NCBI RefSeq assembly: GCF_902652985.1
Contig: NC_047020.1
Coordinates: 12,648,001 to 12,712,000, forward strand
Length of the DNA stretch: 64,000 nt
Direction of reading: 5' to 3'
From: Pecten maximus
Lineage: Eukaryota
Shown here: positions 22,264-38,171 of the stretch, one piece after another
Position numbering within the stretch: the stretch's first letter is position 1
Layout of the letters: every line of letters begins with the position of its first letter
Position numbers and translations under genes: made by a program
Notes under the pieces: generated by a model
The model's database searches: none
What the model was told of the DNA's origin: nothing
What the model saw: only the letters and a program-made list of their open reading frames with translations

Positions 22264-24827
22264 AAAAAACCAATATCAATACAAATTGTTTTATTATTGT
22301 TGCATCGGCTAGCCACAAAAGTTTGGACCTATGAACTAATTTAAAAGATCCAAACAACACTCGAACATTTCATGTTACAGTAGTTTTTTTAAATGCATTT
22401 TAAAGGAATTTTCCTCTCGGATGTTTCAGTTTTTGGAGTTTCATTACATGTTTGAAGCTTAAAAGATGTACTTTTTGGTAAAATATGAAACGGGAAACAC
22501 TTTCCTGTATCAATTTTATTTTCTAGGTACATATTTATTCGATATTTGAATCTATACTCGAAAATGGTAATATATATAGAGCCCTCTGAAATAAAGCCCT
22601 TACAATATCAGCTGATTTGTGTTTGTCTTTGTCAAGATTTACTTTGGTGACCATAATGTCAAAGGCTTATAGTTGTCACTGACATTTTGTTTCACGCATC
22701 TATACCGGCATGTAGAGCCGAGAGCCGATATGAGATAACAACGGAATTAGTTACACAACGCGACAAAAGAAGAGGAATTTAAACATGGAGATTTGGGTTT
22801 AAAAAACAACAGAATATCACCGTTTGATCAGAATTCTAAACTTAGTCATTTATAAAGGGGGGGGGGGGGGGGGGGTATGATCAGAAAAATATTAACACGG
22901 AGAACACTGAAAAACTGAGGAGACCAGAAGATTCGGTAGGGTAAGCGTCTTCCACAGCACGCGCCATACAAATAGAGGTACGGGTTCGCTTCCTGATCCT
23001 CTCTCAGCTAACAGTTAGGATGTCACCTGTATTTTATCTCCTATGACTGATTTCAGGTGAGTTGTTATTTATCCTCCTCCCATCTCATTTCTAAATGCTT
23101 CTTCTACTTAACAGTGGTGATTGGATGTTTTTTCTACAGAGTGATTACACACTCACATGAGAAAATAATTCACAATTACTGTAAAGCTTCTAGCAACTCA
23201 TTAACAGTGGAAATTAGAAAGAAATGTGAGTTGTTTATAACAACACTACATCATTACAATCGTAAATATTAAGAGGTGGAACATGAAGAATGTCCTTGAC
23301 AAGTGACCCCCGACCGTGTTTTCTATTTGAATTTCGTTATCATATCAAGCATGTGAATTATACCTCCTCACACAACAGAGAGTAAAATTGTATTTAAATA
23401 TCGTTACAACTATTTGCAGATGCTAATACAGATCAATTTATGGCTTTCCATTAAATTCCTATTATCGATAATTAATGTATAAATGGACCATTTGATTAAA
23501 ATATGTAATTGGTTTTCTCTGTGTGTTAACATAATTTGGTTTTAACATGATGCCGGTTGAAAGCGCTTACAAACCTTGTACCGTATTTCATCAATTTACG
23601 TCATCCGCTGGCGTGTTACTTACACACATAACAGGTACATTGTGGGACTTTCCATTTGAACATTGATTTTTTATTGTTTTAATTCCCCCGTTTGAAGTAT
23701 ATAAGTTTTACAGAAACTCTCTTTTGCCTTCAATGTTTACCAAAATTCAAATTATCGATTTGAAGAAATAACAACAGTCTTCGTTTTCAGAGCGATGTTT
23801 GGAACTTAATTTAATATATTATTGATGTGTTAGGAAACTAAATTTCACAATTTAATTGATATTTATTTAGAATCTTTTTATCATCCTATATTCTAAATGC
23901 CTCATAAATGTACATTTTTATATATATTTTTGATGAATACTACCTTAGAAGTCAATATATATAATTGTTTACCATACATTAGAAAGTAGACCTTCATTCG
24001 AGTAAAAATGACAACTGTGAAAAAGTATTGACTAGACAGTTAAACAATTACGAGTTTTTATCGAACATGTTTCAGGAGTAGAAATCAGAACAAATCTGAT
24101 GCGGTTATACAAAAACAAGCCAAAACAGCAGAAGAAAAGGTAAGGCATCAAGGACTAGGACGGTATATATATATGTATCTAGTGTTAACATGATCGGTGA
24201 TCTCATAACAGTCATTACGGTAATTATACGGTACAAGTTGAGGATTGCACTGGCTCACCCGTCATCTAAAGAGAGCAGACAGCAAAGCGCCCATGTTTTC
24301 CCATCACAAAATGTCCGCCATGTAGCAATTGTAAGTTTATTGGTTCGAAATCAGAAAAGTTTGACAAGCTGTTTCTACTTATGTAAGAAATATTCTGTAT
24401 GTTAACGAGATTTTCAGCTCTCAAAAGGATTTGCTCAATTGAATCTGGGTTTTACGACTAGGATAGAAACAGTGGGAGACAGAAGTGTGTTTCCCATGTA
24501 GTACTTGAGGGAGATAGAAACCAGCGATTTATTGAAAGAAAACTTAATATTTTACTGTTAAAGAAGATTACCCGTGAACTTGTAATACAACTTTAACTGA
24601 CTATAAGTTCACATCTCCTGTCATCGCAGGAAATGGTTTGTCCAGAACTAGGCCCATAGTATTATAATACATTACTCCTACTGTCAAATCTACAATGCTA
24701 CATTGGTTAGCAAATGTGTTCTATTGTATCTCTGGTTGTGCCCGCCATCGTAGCGGAAACATATATAATGTTTTATTTAAATTGCACACCAAACTTATCG
24801 TTTATTGCCTTCCTTTCCATTCTGCCA

Positions 24828-25681
24828 TCTGGACGAAATGAGGATGTCTACCATTTGTTTGTATCCCTGACTGTTTCTGGAGAAAATGAGGATGTCTACC
24901 ACATGCTTGTATCCTTGGCTGTTGCTGGAGAAAATGAGGATGTATTCCATTGGTTTGTATCCCAGGTTCTTTCTAGACGAAATGAGGATGTCTTCCATTT
25001 GTTTGTATCCCTGGCTGTTTCTGGAGAAAATGAGGATGTATTCCATTGGTTTGTATCCCAGGTTCTTTCTAGACGAAATGAGGATGTCTTCCATTTGTTT
25101 TTATTCTTTGCTGTTTCTGGAGAAAATGAGAATGTATTCCATTGGTTTGTATCCCAGGTTCTTTCTAGACGAAATGAGTATGTCTTCCATTTGTTTATAT
25201 ATCTAGCTGTTTCTGAACGAAATGAGTGTCTTCCAATTCTTAATATCCCTGGCTATTTCTAAACGAAATGAGGATGTATTCCATTTGTTTGTATCCTTAG
25301 CTGTTTCTGGAGAAAATGAGGATGTATTCCATTTGTTTGTATTCTAAGCTGTTTCTGGAGAAAATGAGGATGTCTACCATTTATTTTTATTCTTTGTTGT
25401 TTAAAGAAAATGAGAAAGTTTTTCATTGGTTTGTATCCCTGGTTCTTTCTAGACGAAATGAGGATGTCTTCCATATGTTTGTATCCTTGTCTGTTTCTGG
25501 ACGAAATTAGGATGTCTTCCATTTGTTTGTACCCTTGTCTGTTTCTGGACGAAATGATTATGTCTTCTATTATTTTATATCCCCGGCTGTTTCTGGACCA
25601 AAATGAGGATGTCCTCCATTTGTCTGTATCCCTGGCTGTTTCTGGACGAAATGAGGATGTCTTTGGTTTTTATCCCTGGCT
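24828..25681. repeat. 48-bp minisatellite with local 96-bp dimer structure
   Basis: AAATGAGGATGTC/ATTCCATT... units; 16-aa periodicity in the ORF track; two variants alternate at 24930-25220. Confidence 0.92.
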
Positions 25682-28600
25682 GATTTTGTGTGTTCATAAG
25701 TTGTTTAGTGTGTAGTTTCTTTTGGAATTTGATTGCATGATAGACAATTAACCCAATCCGGTATATCTGGTAGTACTTATACTAATTGATTAATGGTTCA
25801 GTCGTATAGAGCCCTGTCATTACATAATAACAAACCAGTAGTAGATTTCTTGATTTCTCCCCTCAGAATATCAGCCATACGAAGTTTATTTTTTGTCAAT
25901 TATCGTTTTTATGACATTTTTATGGTTTTGTAGACAACTTCCGTGAACGTTTAGTGTTTCATTAACTAACAAAGGACATGTAGACAAACCATGCAATGAT
26001 GTGATAACAACAACCATACCACAAACAAAGTCAGTGTTTCATCCAACGTTCAGCCGGATCCTGTCTGCCAGCATATTTCTATAGAAAAAAAAATGAAATT
26101 TTATTTAGCCTTTATTTATTTGTAAATTTAATATAACAACAAAAACCAAACTTTTGATTTAATAAAAAGACAATTGTATTGAAGTTAAAGTTGTTTTTAA
26201 CCTGTGTTCACGATTTCTTCGCCTCTCCGATTATATAATAAGCAAACTGAGGTTAGCCAAATAAACATCACTGAACTTGGCCTCTTTTGTTTCTTTGTTT
26301 TCAGCGAAATCGAAATAATCTTGTGCGGGACTAGTGTTTATTAAGTCAGGGTCAGAGATCATGGCACGTGATCCATGTGGTTCCCGTCGGGTGGTCAGTA
26401 TGATTGATTTATGAAAATGAAGCATTTAATTCAATTTCGTTTCAAGATAAAGATGACACCTTTTTTCCTCAATTCTGTGCCACTTTTATTAGTATGTGTA
26501 TATAATTTACATCAAAACTACGGTAAAGGAAATCAAACAAAAGGCCGTTACATTGGCCGATCGTCTTGCACTGGGAAACACTGAACGGCTGTGTGAAACT
26601 TATCCGTTTCACTTTTCACAGTTTTCGAGATATGCTTTGAACATCCTTTTGTGTTGTGTATGCTAAGAAACAGACCGATGATTTTATAGCTGTCGGGAAT
26701 CAGACCGCTCTTATCACTGTCCGACTCTACAACCAATTAATAGGAATTGAGAATACCTCGGGTCAGGGGTTAAGTGCCCGCATGCCACGGTTCCGGAGCG
26801 AAGTGCCAATTCGGCCTATGTACCGAGTTAGCCTGAACGGGTCAACACTAACGGCCTATCACCTCTCTTGTTTTTAGTGTAAGGGGTCATTTCAAAACTA
26901 TACAAGGACATTAAAATAAAGGAAAGAAAACAAAACCCCGCCGTCTCTATATAGAAAATATATCGCAATATATAGATATTTCTTTTAGATATTTCAATTC
27001 AAATGTTATTGCACAATTCGAATTACACAAGTAATTTGATAGCAATATATGATGAATATAGACACAATCATTCCGTACATAACGATTCAACAATATAAGT
27101 ATTTAGATTATACCGGATGAATGCCCAGTCTCCTCAGCTTTAATAATTGATATACGGTTTCCAACTTGTGTCTACATATCGTTAAACGAAGCATTTGTTC
27201 TCAAACATAAAAGCATTAAAATTTCTATTATTTACCTTACCAAAAGTTAAAAAAAACTAAACCAAAAAAACAAAAACAAAAACACACAAAAAAAGTTCTG
27301 TTCAAAAATATCCGGCATGCAATGTGTACGTATGGCAACTTTACGCATGGTCCATATGAGAACCATCCCTGTTTTCTGACGGGATCGAGAAACAACAGGA
27401 TTAAAAAGAAAACAATTTGTGGTAGTTATGAGAAATGATGTTATATTTATGTGCGGACGTTAATTGTATACAGACACAGAGATATAAATCGTCAAAAATG
27501 ATTGATTGATTAAATTAACATTATAACCATGACAGTAATTTGGCTGTTTCCCGTACAGATACGGTTCAGCTCGATATTAAATCCACTCCGACATGTGATT
27601 ATAGTCATATAAATATTCCACAGGATGTATAATATCACTGGATGTCGATTTCACTGCAGTTTAGTGCTAACGCGTGTCAAAATGGGTGTTTCTTATATCG
27701 GCTTGAAGTCTGGCGCCTTCTATAAGTAGATAGCTCCTAATTTTTACATTAGTATTTCATTATGTCCGGAATTAAACAAACCCTTTAACGATGACTGACT
27801 ATTCCACGAAATACTGACGTTCCGTGATAAACGCGAGTGATGAAAATGAGTAATGATTTTAACGACCAGAGGTGAGATATATTATTTTTTGCCCCGATTT
27901 GACCGTTCTGCCTACTCCTCTCACCTGCATCCGTTCATACAGTGATGAACGCTCCAGGCAGCTGCCTGGTGAAACACATATACACCCTGCTAATGTAATT
28001 GGTGATGCGTCCTGTCTGTAACAACGTTTTACCGTTCTCCTATTAAAACAAACACAACATGGCGTATAAAGATACCAACAAAGAAGTTAAATTATCCTCT
28101 ATGATATATTATGACGACAAATTATTATATTTCTATCAGAATTGTATGTCTATGATTATGTTCAGCTTTAGCAGGCTAAGTTAACATTGACAATTTATGT
28201 ATTATATTAAAATCTTTGCTTACTAATTCGTTTTCAAAATATTGCACGCCGTCTCTATTGGCAAGTAGCAATGTTCTTTCTTCAAACTTGTGACTAAGCG
28301 TTATAAATACTGTCATTATTGGCGAATACACACCTTATTCTCTTCTTTCTTGAGTCTAATGAGGACAGACTGTCTAGGGATATCAGAAGAAAACATCGGT
28401 AAGAAAGAGTTACAAGGAAAAAGAAATGTCTCTTCAATGAAAACGAATCCACATTAGTCGCCTCCAACCATCACACGAGTCCAATGCTTGATAGATAAGC
28501 TATTCACAAAGAATTCCAAGGGGAGTCGGGGTATATGGGCCGTCTCTGAGGATTGTAGACACCCAACAGTGAATAGCACCTTTATGTTACAGCAAATTCT

Positions 28601-31600
28601 ACTGAATCACGAAGTTACATCATACTGATTCCCCTTCCTTCCTGGGCTCGTCAAAGACACGGGGATTATATTGCATATTTTATTACATTTTATACACATT
28701 TGTATATTTGAGAACTGGTTAATGAGAGCGTGAACATGTATCCCTTTTGATAAGCCGATGTGGGGGTACCTTGCCTTTGATGGTATTACTTTGCAGGAAT
28801 AGCTTTCTTCACTACTGAATAAAGATAACACCCGGATACTTTTGACACATACATGTATTAATAAACGTGAAATCGCAGTTGAAATAATACATTAATTTGC
28901 AGCATAAGAACACTAGTTGAAGCAATACCAATTATATCAATACAGCAACCGGAAATATGTGGTTTTACTTAATCTCTAGATGGACATATACATATACATG
29001 TATATGTTGAGGCTTGCTAGTTCGTGGTGTTGTAACAGACTTAAACGACTGAAAACCATTTAGTTACTTTAGTTACCCGGATAAGAAAAAAAATACATTA
29101 TCCCATGCTTCTTGTATTGTATCAGCCATCTTGGAGGTGTTCTGGATGTAAATGAGAAATAACGAGTATAAGCTGCATATTCAGAAGTATTTTTATTTAT
29201 CTTCATATTATAAATGGACAATCTAATCATTGTTGGTGCAAAGGTAATATTTTCCCGAGCCAAATATACCCTCTCCTAGAATACTTTACAAAATGACCAA
29301 TTGTGATTTCAGATAAATCTGTCAAAACGTTTACCCCATTGCGTCTGTCAACGTCAATGGCAGAGTGGAAATGTATTTAAATAAAGCTTTTAGGAGCTCT
29401 GTTCGGCCTGGGGCCACTTGATGTCACCATCACGTAGGGGTGGGATCAAATGTGTGGACAGAGACATAAAACGAGGAAAAAAGCTTGATAAATCTAATTT
29501 CTCAATGTCTTTTTTAACAAATTAAATGAAGTATCCACACATTAGAGATAACAAATCGCCTTCCTAAGCCAGACCCATTGACGATGTATAATGCTCCAAA
29601 TGCGAGATGACATAAAGCAGCGTAACAGCATCAGTATCCGCACCGCCAGGATAGCTAGCTTTACACGACCGGTTACCACGACGGGTCTTAATGACGTTAA
29701 TATCATTTTGTGATATTCGAACTTTTAATGCAAATAGCCGTCGTTCAATTTGTCGTATTACGACCGCACATTCCGCTCACGGAAAACAACATCACGAAAC
29801 CAAGAAAACCATGGAAGATTGAAATGGTTAGACTTACGAACACCAGGAAGACAATTATATTCTATCAAACCGTCATCTCTATTGCTAATTTATAACTACA
29901 TAATTGTAAAGTACTGCAGAAGCAAAATTATATTCATATACTATGTTGACTACGAGGCTGTTTAGCGTTTTTAGTTAAACCATCCAATAATAAATACAGC
30001 TGGAAGTAAATACAGTTGAGAGTTCTATCTATTCGTGTTTAGATGTTATTGAAACAGACTCACAGATGTGTATCCTCAAAAACAGCGAGGAAATGCGATA
30101 CAGTATCTTAGATTTTAGCACCAGCCATTAAGATATTTTTTAAAAGAAAAAGGCTTTTTTTTTTTTAAAGCGCACCTCTATCAATAAGAAAGAAACAAAT
30201 TACCTTACATTTTGAGGTGTATGGACTCTCGAAAACGTAGAATACTGTGAATTTCTGACCACTAAATTCAAAGCTACAATACTTTTTCGATGACAGTAAA
30301 TAGAAAAACGAAAGAATATAAATATCAAGACTGACTATCTTGTGTGTGTATTAAATGTTATAATGCCTGGAGGTCATCACCACAATGATTCTTTTTTCTC
30401 TTAACAAGGTGACATTACTTAGAGTTAACTTTATTTCCAAAAGATGGATTGTTTCATGTTATCTGTCCTGGGTACCGAATTGTTCATATGGAGAAGTATA
30501 ACGAGATACAATTCCTACATCCGAAGCAAATCTAATGTTTACGGGAATTGAATGGAAAAAAGGAAAATCTTTGAAAAATCAGTGTTTAGTTGAGAGAGAA
30601 ACAGATTGTACAGGTTTTCAAGGAAAGTGTAAGAATGCAGACTGTGGTCACCGTGGAGTAGATCAGACACGTGTTGTGGTAGGATCAGGTTCCATTTGGC
30701 GATTCATATACTATAGTCACAGACATGCGAATATCCTTTTTCATCCTTGTTTATCGTTATCCGCCAAAGTACATTCAACATTCATAGAATGTACTTGCAT
30801 CTTAAAACAAGTTCATATGTCCCATTTCTTCTACCAAACGAGACGTGTTCTAAACAGAGTCTGAGTACACATTCAATTGTTTTATCGCACGGAGTATAAA
30901 TAATTCAAATCTGGAGTCGATGTCGTAAAACGGCATTATATCGGAATCATTCAGGCTTAGTTCTTATAGATCTTACACAATAAAATGGTGTATCTGCCTT
31001 GATTTATGAATGGATAATTCCAGAGCATAAGTAACCAAAATAAAGCACTTCATATTCAACCAGGGCTAGCAGTAAACATGTGAACGTATGTTTTGGACTC
31101 CACAACACAAAACAAAAAACAAAAAACATATCACATGAATATATAGATAGATGGAGGGGAACATTCAAATTTATGAGGAGATCTTTGAGAAATTACAACA
31201 GAGAGACCAGCTGCTCACGAAGGGTAAGCAAGGAAGTCCTCTGCTGTATCTACGAAAACATGAGATTAAACGCGAGAGGTTTTATAGGGACATTCCTATT
31301 TCTCATAGTGGTGCGGCCTTCTAAGAAATGCTTATGTCACTTGCATATCGAGATCAAGTGAAAGTCGTGCTGCAAAGAATGCAAAATGATTTTCTTTGGT
31401 TCCTTAAATGGTAAAGAGTTACAAAACAAAAACCGTAAAGCATAAATTAAGAACATAGTTGTATATATTATGAATAAAACACAAAAGGTTAAAATAACAC
31501 ATATCAAGCAACAAACAATGATAGCCTTGGCGTTCTAGATGCATTTTACCAACATATTCTTTATAGTTTCAACGTAATGACTTACAATGTACTTTATATA

Positions 31601-34600
31601 AAAATTTAATGTTTGTTGTTTGTTAACTCGTTAGACATAAAGTACACCTTCTAATGACGCACTGTGGCGGCAGGTATTAACAAAAACCAAATTCCAACAT
31701 TCAAAAAATCATTAAGCATCATGTCAAGTACAACTTTAGAGAGAAAATCCACTTGATATTAAAAATCAGTGTTGTTATTAGTTTTTTTTCGGGATGAAAT
31801 ATTTATAAACTTCTCATCATATCAGGACAAGCCACCTTTATCAAGCGTCGCTCCTGACTTTGTCTCACCAGGTTTTTGGGTGAACTTTTTTTAATGTTCC
31901 TCGTATGAATAAAATGAAATGGTCGTGTTGTGTTTTTGAATGATTAATTGCTAAAACTGTCGTTTGTATCATGTTCGTACGGTCGTATCGTCTGACGACG
32001 ATCACAGCCATTAGTTAATTATTCCGTCCGATACATGCTGACTGCAAGGATTCATCGTGTGACCGGAAGCGGAAACACCGGGCAGGAATTAATACGAAAA
32101 AGAGAAACGGATACCGGTAAAATTTACTCGGATGTATGTATTTGATATGTTGTGTTTAATCTCCCATTAGACAAGGATGAGCAATCTGCCAATGAGCGCT
32201 TTCTTTTTGCCTATCGTGACACGATATCACTGGCAATGACTAAGTCTTAAAAAGGCCCACAGTTTATTGTACACTTTGTCACAATACGCTCGTAAATTGA
32301 TTTGGATCTAATGGGGTTAACGATGGGGATCCATGAATCAACACAGGTAAAATAACGGATTGGGGACTACTCAACACCTTATGTGCATACTGTGGACATT
32401 CTAATTGACAGGCATATTGAAAATAACACGAAACAAGTTTTAAAAGCACAAGTAATATTTTTGTTTTACAACAGAACGGAGACCTATAGTTTATCAGTTA
32501 ATGGAGATATTGACCTCGAATACGTTCGAGTTTTCTTTATTTTGTAATCGCCTTTATGGCATAAAAGACATTTTACAATTTAAACTTGACATTTCAAGAA
32601 CGAAAACAACATATTTCCAATAAAATGTCATGTACTCGCACGAGAGAAGTAGAATTACAAACACAATGGCCGCCCCTTGTTTATGGGCCTCCGCTAATGT
32701 CGGTTGCTTTAGATGTGGATTATTATTTCTATACCTTCTTGGCTTCTGTATTCTTTATGATTTTTGCTGAAGCAATAACCACTAGATCGTAAAACAGAAA
32801 CTTTTTTCATGTATATCCAGATTTAGCCAGACTTGTATTCTTGTTCGCCTCGTGTTATAGCCTCCAATCACGACAGCAATGATTAAAGATAAATTAATGG
32901 TTAGTGGTGTGCTACGTTGGAGAGAGTCTTAACGTTTTTCAGGTCAGTTCCTATGGCTTTAAAACACAGGAAGGATCCATGTTTTAGTGTATCTCTCCCG
33001 ATACTTGAGTATGACACCGGACGCCCGTTACTTACCGTTTAGATGGACAATCGATTGATATTCAGTCAGTATCCGGAAATCAGATTCCAAGGTCATAAAA
33101 GGCCAACACCAAATCGACATTAAGGAATCACTTATTGTTTCAGATTTTGTAATAATTCGACACGATATATGGACATTTTACCGTGGGAATAAAGGAATCC
33201 TATTAAGGTTCTCTAACCCCCACCCTCCCACCCCAAATATCCATTGGTCACTCACCATGCCAACTGTCAGATTTTCAATTGTGTATTGAATTAGTACCCT
33301 GGTATTAGTACTAAAATGATCCAAATTCATTTTGATTATTAAGGCGTTCAGAATTCCATTAAATTATTAAAGAAGGTCGACATTGTTATGTCAGTCTGTT
33401 TTGCACCCAATGCATTCATTCAATGTAAAACCGGTGATGTAAATTTTGTATCTTTGTCATACAAAGCTTAATTTTGGTATACTGTCCTCATATTGTAAAT
33501 GTGACAAAATTATTTACTGTGTATTGAGTTTAAATAACTCCATAAGCAAGTTCAATATTTTCATATTACCGGGTATATCAAACCTTTAAGACATTATCAC
33601 TATTGCCATATTTGGAGTAAGAAAGCTTATGAGAAAAATACTAGATCTGACTTGTACCTGAGAACGAGATTACTCAACGGCAGTCACATGTTATGTAGGG
33701 CTAAATGAAAAATAGTTTTGCTATGAATGTATACGTTTATAGTTTTTTTCTGAATACATCACGCATCAAGTTGTCTAGGCCATTTATGTAGTTTATATTT
33801 CAATAACAGAATTCACAATCCAGTATTTAATTCACAATCAAATGATTAATTTCACGACAAGGGGTTTCCTGTCAAGGGAATGTGTTAAGTGTGAAGGTAT
33901 TCGATAACAAAGAAATTGTCTCTTTTACAAGCCCTTACATAGCTGTGTCCCTAGCAGCATTTTCACCTGTAGCGATGCCGGATAATTGTACAATAAATTC
34001 CATTTTCTCGGACGTAACCGTCGATTTGACCAGGTAGTATTTCACACTCGCTACACAATGAATTCAATTATACTCTTTGATAATTTGTCAAAATTAAGTT
34101 TTATAATGTATATCTCCTACTCAATCAATAGTCTGTTGCTAATATAGTTACTCATAAATATCCCCGTGTACCTCAGACAGGAGGAAGCATTGGACAGTGT
34201 TATTGGGCTACGATACACGCTAGTTGTCCACCTAGATATTACTTTGCAATTAAACATCATGATCTCCATTTTATTTACACACCTTTAATTAACCGATCGA
34301 GTTTCTGTCAGGTATCACGACCATAGTGTCGTCTGCCCAGGTCTTTATGACAACACCCATTCCGCAGGTCGTGAAACATAAAAACAGAAATAGACAGATT
34401 TAAGTGAAACGAATAACACTTTTATTACCGAAATTGTACCTCAACGAATTTATATAAAGTTGCCCGGAATTCAAACTTCTTTGTTTCCGATAAAGTTCCT
34501 TTGATGTACGAATTACGACTTTCTCTGCCATATCGTTCAATCGAATGTATTGTGTATTTATGGCGGGAAAGATGTCGTCTGCTCCATCTCTATCATTTAC

Positions 34601-35244
34601 CAACAATAAAAAGAACGGAAAACGGTTCTCCTTATTCACTGTGCAAATACTATTTAAATGACACGAATTGGAGGAGAAGATAGCCGTGTAAACGGTGTGG
34701 TTTATCGAAGCTGTTTCTGTTATTTATTAGTCGTCTTATCTGCGGGTAGCTCGAGTGTATCCTCAGATGGCCTTTGATCGTCTCGGGACAATTCGTAAGG
34801 TATCACACCTGTGTTTAAGGAAGCCCACATCAGCAGTGCAAGGTGGGAGGAGTCCATAAGGCAATCCAAGTGAGCTCTTCTTTCATACTGACAACGTTTT
34901 ACTATAATGCTATAGCAAGTCCTGATAATTCTCCAAAGACCCAAATGTGCTTAATATAGTTATGATATTCTACGCATTAGTGTTACATCGCAATGTGTGC
35001 TGTGGATATTTATTATTAAATACCAGCACATTTCAATATGAATTGAGACTTAGATAAAAGAGAGCAAAACATTAATTAAGCTGAATCATACAATTTGTCG
35101 TCCTTTTGGGACTCCAGTGATGCTTAAGGTCTAAAAGTCATACGTAGGAGGCGGCCGACGAAATTCAGAATCTGGAGGGGAGTTGAACTTGCCTCATGTT
35201 TCAATAAATTTTGGTAATTTTCAGTATTGTAATTTTTAGTGCTC

Positions 35245-35835
35245 TGTATGTTATATCGATACTGTATTGTGTATGTTAAATCGATACTGTATTGTGTATG
35301 TTATATCGATACTGTATTGTGTATGTTATATCGATACTGTATTGTGTGTTATATCGATACTGTATTGTGTATGTTATATCGATACTGAATTGTGTGTGTT
35401 ATATCGATACTGTATTGTGTATGTTATATCGATACTGTATTGTGTATGTTATATCGATACTGTATTGTTTATGTTATATCGATACTGTATTGTGTGTGTT
35501 ATATCGATACTGTATTGTATGTTATATCGATACTGTATTGTATGTTATATCGATACTGTATTGTGTATGTTATATCGATATTGTATTGTGTATGTTATAT
35601 CGATACTGTATTGTGTATGTTATATCGATACTGTATTGTGTATGTTATATCGATACTGTATTGTGTATGTTATATCGATACTGTATTGTGTATGTTATAT
35701 CGATACTGTATTGTGTATGTTATATCGATACTGTATTGTGTATGTTATATCGATACTGTATTGTATGTTATATCGATACTGTATTGTGTATGTTATATCG
35801 ATACTGTATTGTGTATGTTATATCGATAATGTATT
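35245..35835. repeat. 25-bp minisatellite (TGTATGTTATATCGATACTGTATTG)
   Basis: About 24 near-identical units with 23-bp variants. Confidence 0.95.
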
Positions 35836-36311
35836 CTGTATACAAAACAAATACAAAGTAGATTGTAGAACTAACAATGACGTCAGCCATACATCTGTTT
35901 CGTCACTGACGCTAAGGTTTTGTGTTACTATCAAGCAACTCAAGTATACCAGATAAATCATTGCTTGATATTTGTTTTATTGGAAAGAAACACGATTCTT
36001 TTATAATCTCCTTGTTTCCAAACGAAAATAAATTAAATATTACAGTGTGATCAATAAAAAGACTCATTGTCACCTAACGGGCCTCCATAGTGTCATCCTA
36101 TCCTCGTGTGACTCTTAATCTCCTCGAAATATATTAATAAAATACACAGTATACGGTCAAGTGACACGAACCACAATAGAAAGCTCGGACATGGTCATCG
36201 TGTTGTCAGGTTTGAAAAGTCCAATCTTGAAGTAACTAAAGAAATCTATTTCAGTGTCCGGGCTGACGGGATATGATATACTGAACAAAATATCTGAAGT
36301 GGAAGGGGGGG

Positions 36312-36352
<41 letters not shown>

Positions 36353-38171
36353 TGATTGGTATTCCTGATGCACTTTTCCCAGACCTAGACAGCACGTATT
36401 CTTCTTAAGTTGATTGGGCATAATGCCACACTGTCGTTAACTTACGGTTATGTAACGCTGGAATATCAAATCAAAAACATAATACCTCGGTAATTCTTAT
36501 CAATATTTCGACTATGTGCAATTTTTTGCGTTCATATTCTTTTTATTGACATACACGGTTTTTAATCTCCTGAAGCATCAATATACTACACATTCGCCCA
36601 GTTTTTAGTAATCTGTCACCGCCTTGTCACATTTCACAACATTAGCACGCGCAGACGTTCTGGTGACCCGTCACTGAAATGACAGGTTCCCTGCCATTTT
36701 GAATTATTATGGTTTCTCAAAACATATTAGAGGTGCATGCCAGGCTCCTTTACAGAATTGGTCTCAGTCTTCGTCATCAATTATTTGTTAGCTAAATCCC
36801 ACAAAATAGATAACAGACAGTTTTACTGAAGTGATTGCAAACCTCTCAAAAACAAGTCTAGGAATTGCAGAAAGTTTACTGAGAAACCAAGAACTACACG
36901 CAACACGAGTATCTCAAAGGCACGCCGACTGTTAGACGGAAATGATTGGAGAGCGACATTTACTGTGCTTGTTTTAAAGCTGACAAGTCTGTGAAGAAAA
37001 TCTAGCTTGATAGCTCGGCAATTGGAATGTGTATGTCTTCAGGAGTTAATGCCATTTGTCCCATTCGATGTGAATTCATCAAAAACAGATATAGGCGTGT
37101 TAGAACCAACACCAAATTATATCAGAAGAATAACTTACTGAGCCGACGAATGGACTAGCAGAAGGCTTTGTAATTCTACTGTTTGATCGTTAATGAGTAT
37201 TATAGATAACTAGATATCAACATTATTGTAGCCTGAATTATTATTTCAGCAAACAATTGGACATGTATTGGATTTGGGTATTAAAGGTGTAAAACGTGTT
37301 AATACATTTCTTTTTAATTGTCAAATAATCTGTTCCGGATTGTGTCCCATTATCTGTAGGGTCGTCTTCCCACGACGTCGAATTTAACACTAACCATCAT
37401 GCAATGTGAGCTACCATAAAGCATTTCAGGAGAAATGTCTGAAACTCTGTGAAAGCTCTCGCCATTTTCTCCTCATTTCTTCATCTCACACCCACAATCA
37501 CAGAAACGCCACCTCCCTGCCATCTCCCCGTATCATTGCCCGGAGGTATCCCGGAGATGCTCCACTCAAACAGTATCAATTATCACACTGCAACACTGTT
37601 AGATATCACAAAGGAATTTGTCGGAAATTTAATAGGCCTAAATCTCAAAATTCAAATGTACCTGACGACATCGGGCATGAATACCACATGAATCGATGTA
37701 AAAGATACTTTTTGTCTAAATAAAGAGAAACAATATCCGGATAAAGGCAGTCCTTGTCTCCCGTGACTGAGGTATACAGGGGAAGTGTAAATGATAACAA
37801 AATATAAAGCTGTCATTTCAGTTTCCTCTGAGATTTAGGAGTAGCCAATCACACGCTAGGAGCTTATATATAGGCAAGGACGAAATTCATGGATCTCAAA
37901 ATGAGGTTACTTTGAAATAGAATAGGGATTAGTGAGTTTACGAATCAGAATTGCTGAACAGATTTTCATATTCCTTAGTTAAGCCTATACTAAAGTTTTA
38001 TTGTATAAATGTCGTGTAGAACACATCGTGACGTCACTATGTTTCTTAGTGAAGTGTCGTGAAGAACACCTGGTGACGTCACTTTTACGTGATATCCATG
38101 TTGCTTTCTGTATTGTTTTGCTTTATCATATTATATTGCTGTCTTTCCAAGCTCTCTATCCCTGATCGTAT

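Noticed and set aside
21365-25715. Repetitive ORFs over the 39-bp and 48-bp arrays (likewise those at 35.3, 40.7, 43.9, 47.2 and 53.7 kb)
   Set aside because: They arise from tandem periodicity, are often open in several frames or strands, and are interrupted by stops.
27958-27980. AGCTGCCTGGTGAA resembling the miR-22/745 seed region
   Set aside because: Similarity stops after ~14 nt and no precursor-length hairpin is evident.
36305-36350. Long poly-G run (also 22857-22875) as a G-quadruplex element
   Set aside because: Homopolymer length is unreliable in assemblies and there is no supporting context.
26231-37723. Short non-repetitive ORFs (e.g. 26231, 30535, 34720, 37406) as exons of a hidden gene
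   Set aside because: I recognised no domains or consistent splice chain, although small exons cannot be excluded without RNA-seq.
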